The notes below the pieces were generated by a model. It was not told the origin of the DNA. It made no database searches and saw nothing but the letters and a program-made list of their open reading frames with translations. DNA of 62,740 nucleotides from Tubiluchus corallicola (lineage: Eukaryota; Animalia; Priapulida): positions 187,997-250,736 of the forward strand of contig JAQGDQ010000349.1 of NCBI GenBank assembly GCA_030141605.1. The letters run 5' to 3'. The translations under genes and the position numbers were made by a program. Shown piece by piece: positions 52,696-62,740 of the stretch (its first letter is position 1; each line of letters opens with the position of its first letter).

Positions 52696-54359
52696 CAACT
52701 TAAACACTTAAAATTATCAGTGATCATTTTCTCAACTTTACTATCGTTTCTTATCAACGTCGCTATATAATGAATATAAATATAATAAATATATATTGTA
52801 TTTTATTTACTCAGAATTCCAGTAACTCTTTTACTACAACACACTCAAATTCACTCTTTCATTATTGTCTTGCTTCTTGAGATTCAACAATGGAGATTAA
52901 ACGAAATCAAACTTAAAAACATCAAAACTTTAAAACATTTTATCAAAAATTACTCCTACGTCTGCTATGGATGACAAGTTACCTTGTGATTAAAGCTTTT
53001 TAAGGTAAGTTTTGGTTTCTTAACTGCCAATTATTGGTTAGTGGTGGTGCAAAAAGAGAAAAACTGATTATCAGCTAAGTTGATCCTCTGTTCAGTATAA
53101 AAATGACGAACTTTATTCCAGTATCCTAGGGTGAATCTGCTGATTTTGCAGCATTTGAAAAACTTATTAACAGAAGCCAGTGACCTATCCACCTAAAGAC
53201 TTCTCTGGCTGGTTTTGTTGGTTTTAGATGGCTTATAATTCCCTAAAACTCCCCAGTAAAAAGTGTATGGATGTGTCCTTACTGTAAACATCTTACCCGT
53301 AATTATTCTCTTTACAAACTTCGTAAAACTGGTATGTGATGTTTGAAATTACACGATCCTTACGAGTTATTGCCCGCAATTTCTGGCTTCCTGAATTTTA
53401 TTTATGTCTAATTTGCTTTAATAAGCGTCTATTATAGAGGAAATAAATCCTAGTTTCATGTTATACAAGACAGGAAAATTACCCTCATGTTTATCACAGG
53501 ATTATAAAACATTCATGCACCACTCATAAGCTTTCATTAAACATTTATTCTCCAATTTGCTCAAGAGAAAAACAAATTTGTCGCGCATATGTGCTGTAAC
53601 CAGACGTATCCACCAGCTGCAAAACTAATGTGGACACTTAGCTCCACAGTATAGGCAGTGGTAACTCGGACAGTGACCACAAGGTCAGCAAATAATTGAC
53701 CAATGAACATTGGTAAGTGTTTTTTCGAGGGTCGACCCAAATCAGTAGTCGTCTAGATGTTGTTCTTATTGAGAACAACCTTTTTGAGAAAAGCCTTCAG
53801 TTCCACGAATTTGCAACGAATCACCATAAAACTTTACGGCTACATATTAGAATGAGTTCTGCGCGACCGACCGAATCGGATTTTTCATCCGCTATTTTCA
53901 TTTCAAGGTGGCGGTAATAACACCATTTTAAGAAAAAAATCTAAAGCTGTGCAATATTGCAATAGATCGTTACGAAATATACTAGACCGAATTAAGCATC
54001 GACTGATGGAGTCGGGTTTTTTATTTGTTCCGAGGTATTATGTTATTTCTAATCCACGATCTTGAGTTCAACAAGTCCCTCTACCAACAGTTGTTGGTCT
54101 GAGGGCACACGAGAAGAAAATAATTAACCCGTGGACCCTTGAGTAACAAAACACTTGGACAGTGGTTGCTTGACTTCAGTAGTGATCTGTAACTTATGAC
54201 GTAGAAACTGAGTGTCAAAAAATGTCAAATAGTTTTCATCAAATAGACATAACACAAACAATAATCAAATTTTATTACACTAATTTTGTTTAAAGCACAA
54301 GAAATTAAGAAGCTGAAAGTTTTGTGCTATTGTCTTCAAACGGTCAACGGTCCACGAAT

Positions 54360-54945
54360 TTTCTGTACAATCATCTTACAAACATTCTCCGCACAATTGT
54401 CCACCATCCTAATAGTGTCTGCACAATTGTCCACATCCAAGCATTCTCTGCACAATTGTTCACTTCCAAGCATTCTCTGCACAATTGTTCACTTCCAAGC
54501 ATTCTCTGCACAATTGTCCACTTCCAAGCACTTGCTGCACAAGTGTCTACAGTGCAAGCATTTTCTGCAAATTGTCCACTTCCAAACATTCTCTGGGCAC
54601 TTGTCTGCTATCCGAGCATTCTCTGCACAATTGTCAACTTTCCAAGCATTATCGGCACAAGTGCTACTGTCCAGAATTTCTCCGCATGTTCACCCTCCAA
54701 CAAATCTCTACACAATTACCCACTGTCAAAGCATTCTGTACACAATTATCCACAGTCCAAGCCTTCTCTGCACAACTTTCCAAGCATTATCGGCACACGT
54801 GCTACTGTCCAGAATTTCTCCGCATGTTTACCCTCCAACAAATCTCTACACAATTACCCACTGTCAAAGCATTCTGTACACAATTATCCACAGTCCAAGC
54901 CTTCTCTGCACAATTCTCCACTGTCCAAAAATTCTCTGCACTATT
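54360..54945. repeat. ~29-bp minisatellite with a 138-bp higher-order duplication
   Basis: Unit GCACAATTGTCCACTTCCAAGCATTCTCT (54421, 54450, 54479, 54508). A block starting AACTTTCCAAGCATTATCGGCAC occurs at 54636 and 54774. Confidence 0.93.
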
Positions 54946-55914
54946 ATTGTTAAATGGTTCGAACCAAAACAGGAATCAAACAAACCTTGCGGCACTGTGT
55001 GATAACTAAGTCAGTCAACAGAAAAATATGACTGAAAGCAATTAATTAACTATTTCTATAAAAACCTAATTAATAGCCATCCGGGCTGCGGTAACGACAA
55101 TGACAGTGACAAAACACTGTTTCTACGAAACGTTTTGTACTCCGGCAGATTTTTAGCTCTAGGTGCTTCCTTCCATTTTGTGTAGTCATTAGTACTTTTA
55201 TGTGATATCTAGGAATCAATAATTGTTCTACTGCCCTCCGCCTACATTCACCAGCTAACATTAAAGACATACATCGTCTATCCATAGTAGCAAACATAAC
55301 CTGCGGAACAATTACTATTAAAGTAAATGCTAATCAAAGACTTGCTTGTTTATTGCTGTTTATTCCAGACTTTCAGATTATAACAGCCAAAGTAAGGCAA
55401 AAAATCAAATCAAGTCAAAAAATCACTTACACAATGTCACTCATTAGGCGCTCAATGATAAAAAATCAACACTCAGCAGCACTGGTTCCTCTAAACGTCA
55501 TATATTGTAGCTGGTTTGAGTTTGTCCAAAGTGAACATAAGCAGACGAGGAAAATAGACCATCTCAAAATAACAAGAAGAGCTGCAGTTTAAATCAACTT
55601 GTCAAGATTCAACGTCTCAGCGCCTGGCTGAATAAAGTTAAGAAAGCAGCAGTTCTGTACTCGTACATAACTGATATACTAACTTTAACTTGTAATTTTC
55701 TAATCAAGATTTTCTTATGCAAAATTTTCACATGTCCATCTATTAATGACTGAGGATTTGTACACTAGGCGTGAATAAATAAATCACGGGTTACGTTCTC
55801 TGAAAAAAGTTCTAATTTGGATGATTAAATATAAAAAAATTCAGTGCACAACAGATGTTAGGAAACAAGTAAACGGTGCAGCGGTAAAACAAAAGAGGGA
55901 AACAGCAAACACGG

Positions 55915-56254
<340 letters not shown>

Positions 56255-57750
56255 ACTTTTTACCCAGATGGGCCTTTGTATAGTTGTTTTACTCATTTTT
56301 ACCTTTCTTCCTAAAATGTTTTGAACACTGCATCTTACAGGACTTTTACTTGAAGCCCTTAGACCTGCTCTGTTACCCTTGCTTCGAGAGTTGCCGCGTC
56401 TTGAAGCTGCTTCAGTGAGGATGCAGTGCTCATTTTAAACTTGCTGCGCCACCTGCAGCGGGAAAACTAAATCATCAGCACATTTTGCTTTGGCTGGATT
56501 AAAAATCATTACCTCAGAGAAGCCTTACTATTATTACCTTATCAAAGAGTGCAAAGAAGAGTAAAACAACTAGAAAACGTTAGAACAAATGGCAACAGCA
56601 CAGATGAGAGCATGTAAAAACTGAAACACGAGAGCGTAGTCGCTTTGCAGACCTACATAGAGACTAAACATTCTAACCGTAAGAGATGCAAAATTGATAT
56701 TTACTGATAAAGCGATCAAAAACATGATCCAGATACGAGTGAAACCTAGACTGTTGAAAGAATGAATTTAGTCAAAATACAAATAAAAGCGAAATTCATA
56801 AGCTAAAACTCCAATAAAACGCAGGGGGGGGGGACACGTGAGAAGCGCAAAAGTTTTGAAACTGAAACGTACATAGTACGTAATTTTGGTATCACGCTGA
56901 AGCCTAGCTAAGTAGCAGTTGACAGAACAATAAATAGTGGTGTTAAAAATAAATAACTGCTTTCTTTTTTTTACGGATTTGGCTGTAGATCAAACTAGAT
57001 ATACGCATGCAAATGAACTCTACAGATTTGCGGCGATCGGTTTCAATGGAAACAAAAGCACTGCTATTAATAAGTAATACCGAAAACCATAACAAATGAA
57101 ACCCAAAAGAAACATAAGATCGGTAGATGAGAGCTAAATATTGAAGCACTACGAGGGCACACGCGCATGTTTAAGACCTCGATGAATAATAAGCAACTAT
57201 GCATCTGCAGCTGCAACTGCGTCTGCAACTATGGAATCCATCATGAGAGCATCTAGAATGCGAGTTTTCCCACATAGCTTCCTTACCTCAACCGTGCGTG
57301 ATATTTAAGTAATTAAATGTAGGCTTTTCGCTGTCTCATATTCTCTAACACTGAAAGGAGCTGACATCTTAGTGCAGTGTGCAATGTAGTTTGGACACTT
57401 ATACAAACATGTCCAGAATTTGCTATAATTTGATGGTATTAAGTATTTGTTTACGTTAAAAAAAATCCACAGGTAGAGTCCAGAGAAAAAACCGATATTG
57501 AAACTTTGATAAATTTGCCTACCAAAAACACAAATATACTAGACTTCAAATTTACAATTAAGTAGGATAAATGGATGCGTATGTGTTTATTATAAGCTTC
57601 GTATTAATAAATAAGTCATGTGTGAAAATTACGACATGCGTTCTCTTCAAAAAACATTGATTTCCAAATGAAATAAATTACATCCCTTAGCCAAAGTCGC
57701 AACTGCCGCCACAATGACTCCAACAAAAGTAAGTCTGTCTCTCCCATTGG

Positions 57751-57752
57751 TT

Positions 57753-57851
<99 letters not shown>
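57751..57851. repeat. (TTTC)n microsatellite
   Basis: Direct inspection. Confidence 0.98.
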
Positions 57852-58822
57852 CGCTTTCCATCTCACTCACTCTCTCTGCCCTCCTTTCCTTCGTATTAAA
57901 TCAAATGACTTCTTGTCTGAAGAATATTAACCTCTCACGAATTTGTAACTTTGTTTGTAATTAAACTTATGAATATCCTGTTTGCAGCGTTGCATGAAAT
58001 AATACAGTAACAATGCGATCTGCAAATGAAAACCATTTAAATATAGAACACCAAAGTGGAATTAATAGCTTATTTTTATGCTTATTAAATCAATTTTGAA
58101 CATTCATAAATCATTTTTTAATATTAAAAATTTATACGGCATCACACCTCCAAGGACTACTTCACCACATTCCGCCACTGCGTGCACAACAGAGGTTCAC
58201 TCTGCACAGTGCACAGCCAGGTGGCACGCCGAGCCGCTAATAGCAGCCATCTAGCAGGCCCTATTCTGCTTATTCTGCATTATGTAGGTGACTAAGATAA
58301 AATATCTTGTGTTTTTTTACATATTTAGTTTAAGCTACAGTGTTAGAAGCCAGTAGTCAGTCTCGCTCACTCATTGCATTATTCGCATACTCTCCGTCAT
58401 TAAGGACAATTTTACACCATAGCGTGTTATCAGTGTGGACATACAGCACTGTTAAAATGCATTAATTATCCTGGACATCCCTGTAATGCGCCATCTCTCG
58501 AGACTTTCCAACAACTTTATACACTTACTGTCTTACATTATCACAAACCGTTCCACAGCACTTAAGCACGTGAAGGCTATAAAAGCGTGGCGTGCGCTGG
58601 TTTTATCACCTTTAAGTATGGCTTCGCAAACAAACGCATTCCACTACTCACTGAAATAGCCTGCAGCAAGCAACCTGCGTGCTGGAGGAATATCAGCTTT
58701 TATATCTAATTACCTGCTGTTAAGGTATGTGAAGGTTCATTGATCTGGATAGATGTGCAGCTCTTAATGGCGAAATCAACACCTTCGCTGGTTGAGATGC
58801 ATGAAGTCATAGCAGAGCGGGA

Positions 58823-58829
<7 letters not shown>

Positions 58830-58875
<46 letters not shown>

Positions 58876-58950
58876 GCGAGAGGAAGAAATGGAGAAAGAG
58901 AAGCAGGAAGAAACAAAGAAAGAGACAGGCAAGCAGGCAGACATACAGAC

Positions 58951-59001
<51 letters not shown>

Positions 59002-59170
59002 AGGAAGGAAGGAAGGAAGGAAGGAAGGATGGATGGATGGATGGATGGATGGATGGATGGATGGATGGATGGATGGATGGATGGATGGATGGATGGATGG
59101 ATGGATGGATGGATGGATGGATGGATGGATGGATGGATGGATGGATGGATGGATGGATAGATAGATAGAT
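58830..59170. repeat. Compound microsatellite (GA)n-(GAAA)n-(GGAA)n-(GGAT)n-(GATA)n
   Basis: Direct inspection. Confidence 0.97.
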
Positions 59171-59759
59171 AAAGATAGAGGACAGAAAAAGATTTGGACA
59201 GACAGTATTGATATAGCTCTTACATTCACTATAGAAGGACAGAATGTGGGTTCATTTAACGAATGAAACAACCATAACAGTTTCAAAGGCTGGTAAGTTT
59301 TTCAGCAGCTCTCCTAAATCCAGATTTATTCTTGCCGTGACATTTTTGTCATCACCAACCTGAATAACCTCAGCGTGTTAATACTTTTCACAGACGTCTT
59401 CTGTCTCGTTAAACCCAGCAGGACTAAGATTTACACACGTCCAGCTCCAGATCAGTGATTTATGTTAGAAAACTGTCATGTCATGATATACTCATATAAC
59501 AACGGTGACGAAAGAGACTGTTGCAAGACTCCTAAATGATAATGACTCTTTGATATCAAGAGGTGCCATAATTAATGTAGCACAGAGAGCCATTAGAAGT
59601 GTTAACTTGGAAATCTCATACTGTGGGTCATTAGGACGGCAAAAGGGCATAGTGACAATATGTCTAAATTATATTTCAGTAGAGAAGCCAAGCGAATGAA
59701 TCAAGTCAGTAAAGATGGAAAGACCTCTGAGGCAGAGAGGGAGAGAGAAAGAGAGGCAG

Positions 59760-59901
59760 GTAGTTAGATAGGTAAGTAGGTAGGAAGGAAGGTAGGTAGG
59801 TAGGTAGGTAGGTAGGTAGGTAGGTAGGTAGGTAGGTAGGTAGGTAGGTAGGTAGGTATGTAGGTAGGTAGGTAGGTAAGTAGGTAGGTAGGTAGGCAGG
59901 T

Positions 59902-59932
<31 letters not shown>

Positions 59933-60124
59933 TAGGTAGGTAGGCAGGCAGGCAGGTAGGTAGGTAGGTAGGTAGGTAGGTAGGTAGGTAGGTAGGTAGG
60001 TAGGTAAGTAGGTAGGTAGGTAGGAGGTAGGTAGGTAGGTAGGTAGGTAGGTAGGTAGGTAGGTAGGTAGGTAGGTAGGTAGGTAGGTAGATAGGTAAGT
60101 AGGTAGATAAGTAGGTAGGTAGGT
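59760..60124. repeat. (TAGG)n/(CAGG)n microsatellite
   Basis: Direct inspection; ends at the breakpoint of the inverted duplication. Confidence 0.98.
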
Positions 60125-60997
60125 TGGTATTCGCAAATGTCTTTGAAGTTCTCAATAATAAACTCAAGTCTAGAAATACGATAAACAGAGACGTCCGGAA
60201 AGTTCCTGTTCATTTCATAGGCCTGTAAATTTACCTCCAAGACTCACACTGTAGTGTAGAAACAACGTAAAAAACGTCCGAACGGCGTTTGGTGTGAGAA
60301 TTGGAGAAAATTCATAACTCTTTAGAAAAAGGAGAAACCAGGCTTCACGATGATATGTGTCTTTTACAGTGCCGCTACAAGGATGAATGAATGTTATGAC
60401 CCTGTATATTATTTAGGAGCTTCTAACTTTTCTAACGTTTCTAACTTTTAGATCAGCATGATACCTGGGTGATAGTACGACTTGGCAAACACGAGTTCGA
60501 ACCGTCGGTTTTTTCGAGCCATTTGCTAACTGAACAGAACTTTTTGTTCACCTTACTAGGCCTACTCAGTTTTGATTGAGTACTTGGTCATATACTCGGG
60601 GAAGAAAGGTGGTCGAATGATAGGCTAACCACCCGTCCTCATGTGTCGAGGCTTCATAATTGGATACCGTACCCTATCTATCGTTATACTCCATCAGGGA
60701 ACATCGTAGGACAAACCTTCTTCTCCTTTAAACAAATCTGTTGTTTAAAAATCGTTTTTTTCAGAAGATTTGAAAACCAGATCATGTACGATACGCTGGG
60801 GTGCGTTTTTTGTTTCTGCTTTTGACACATAAACAATTACTATCAGAGTACCATTATTGCCAGATAATTTAAGTTACTGAAACGTTCTTTGTTTCATGAA
60901 ACTTTTTTCACGTGCAACGAAAACTTTTTTGTAATGTGAGTCTTTCACTGATAATTGAACCTGCATCCGTATTATGACAAAGAATAATTGCTATTAT
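60125..60997 (-). repeat. Right arm of the 873-bp inverted duplication of intronic sequence 51325-52197
   Basis: Starts TGGTATTCGCAAATGTC (rc of 52181-52197) and ends GAATAATTGCTATTAT (rc of 51325-51340). Confidence 0.97.
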
Positions 60998-61834
60998 TGT
61001 AATGGCCCGTGCGTACAGGGGCAGACCATAGGGGCCAATTAATGGTAGTCGCTGCTAAGTTCGATCAGTTCCTTGGCCGAGCTAGGGGCACTAACCGACT
61101 GCCCACTAAAGAAACAGACAATAGCTGAGCGTAGGCAGACTCTACGGGGGCTCTACCTAAATAGCATGGATTCTTTTGTGGTGGGATTGATCAAAAACAG
61201 GCTTTCCATCTATACCCTAAAAGCCAAACTGTAACCAGGCGAATAAATGACAAAATATTAAGTTTAATGACACAAACAAAAACAGTTGTATAATTGAGCT
61301 TTTTGTGAACAATGGAAATTAGTAATAAACAAAAGCTAATCTGAAAACGCTACTAAACAGCATGGCATGAAATAAATGCAATGACTAAACACACAAAAAT
61401 CATACAGTGTTCCTAACTATTTAAAGGGTTCCTACTTACGCTACCAGCCACCCCAAAATGCGTACGCTAGCGAAATATCTTCTCCAGACACGTGTAGTTT
61501 GTGGTCATAGTCCTTTAGAACGACTAAAGTATGGTTCAGATTTCATCTAATGGGTTCACGACTCCCATAGTAGCGACTCAAAAATCTGAGAGAAGCGTAG
61601 CTAAATGTTTCAACGTAAGTCTAACAAAAGGGTGACGTGTGAACGGAGCTGTAGGCACACATGCGCTCGGAAATTCACATCAAAAACAAGTTCTCCCTCT
61701 GCGCCAGTTAACGATAACGTATTGAAAAACGCTTCCCTTTACTTATGTTCACTAAATGTAAATTGTTTCTAGATTGTTATAATCAACTAGGTAATACTAT
61801 TTGTTAGTTTAGGGAATGTTATCTCCCCCCCCCC
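60998..61834. mobile_element. LTR-like sequence with adjacent polypurine-tract-like run
   Basis: Begins TGTAAT exactly where the duplication stops (an ...ATTACA end on the minus strand). At 61817-61834 the minus strand reads a G-run then AGA-TAACA, resembling a PPT plus an LTR start lacking the canonical TG. No gag/pol ORF is seen. Confidence 0.45.
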
Positions 61835-62740
61835 CTGGGTTGGGTTAAACGTGTAACTGTACGTTTGTGCATCTAATCGTATTCAAGCCAAACGCATAGA
61901 TTTCTGTACGTTCATGACACAGATTTCACAGACAGGATATGCAACTTGACTTTGGTTGGTTAAACTGCGTTTTTACGTTTTACCTGATTGTCCATTAGCT
62001 GACGTTTGAAAAGCTAATGATCTATTCGTGGTGGTGGAAGATGTCCACTCATTGGTTTACATGGCTTTGCTGATCTTACCATGCCGGGAAGATGTCGTTT
62101 CGGATCATGTGAGAGCACCGTCGTGCAGTTGGAAAGGTGCCCAGCTCGATACTCCATCGCATGGGACGAAGAAGTCGTCACTGCCCGTGGGTAGGAACTT
62201 TATGCCAATAAACCGGAAGGCAAAGGTACCTGTTTACTTACGTTATCGTTAATTGGCGCAGAGGGAGAACTTGTTTTTGATGTGAATTTCCGAGCGCATG
62301 TGTGCCTACAGCTCCGTTCACACGTCACCCTTTTGTTAGACTTACGTTGAAACATTTAGCTACGTTTCTCTCAGACTTTTTGCGTCGCTACTGTGGGAGT
62401 CGTGAACCCATTAGATGAAATCTGAACCATACTTTAGTCGTTCTAAAGGACTATGACCACAAACTACACGTGTCTGGAGAAGATATTTCGCTAGCGTACG
62501 CATTTTGGGGTGGCTGGTAGCGTAAGTAGGAACCCTTTAAATAGTTAGGAACACTGTATGATTTTTGTGTGTTTAGTCATTGCATTTATTTCATGCCATG
62601 CTGTTTAGTAGCGTTTTCAGATTAGCTTTTGCTTATTACTAATTTCCATTGTTTACAAAAAGCTCAATTATACAACTGTTTTTGTTTGTGTCATTAAACT
62701 TAATATTTTGTCATTTATTCGACTGGTTACAGTTTGGCTT
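61221..62740. repeat. Long inverted repeat: 61221-61721 paired with 62239-62740 (open at window end), 517-bp spacer
   Basis: Reverse-complement match from AAGCCAAACT (61221) / AGTTTGGCTT (62740) inward to GATAACGTA (61721) / TACGTTATC (62239), with one 1-bp indel and a few substitutions. Confidence 0.97.

Noticed and set aside
62028-62252. 74-aa ORF in the spacer of the terminal inverted repeat, as a possible transposase/integrase remnant
   Set aside because: No gag, RT, integrase, tyrosine recombinase or DDE motif was recognisable in this ORF or in the minus-strand frames examined.

Overview
This is AT-rich eukaryotic (metazoan, most likely invertebrate) genomic DNA, dominated by introns and intergenic sequence. 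It is dense in microsatellites, minisatellites, decayed non-LTR retrotransposon 3' fragments, SINE remnants and MITEs. No prokaryotic operon, CRISPR array, intact rRNA or tRNA gene is supportable. Two spliced protein-coding genes are visible, arranged head to head. The first is a minus-strand gene with two phase-compatible coding exons (42869-41958, 39977-39846), encoding a long Ser/Pro-rich N-terminus followed by a hydrophobic segment; its later exons could not be located. The second is a plus-strand gene (5' UTR exon ending 50965, coding exon 52309-52695) for a 128-aa protein with a signal peptide, a Cys-rich core and a probable GPI anchor. The most unusual architecture is at the right end. 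An 873-bp near-identical inverted duplication (51325-52197 / 60125-60997) brackets that coding exon and abuts an LTR-like sequence, which itself forms a second long inverted repeat running off the window edge. Most long ORFs in the supplied track are translations of simple repeats. All family assignments come from motif recognition by eye, not database searches.
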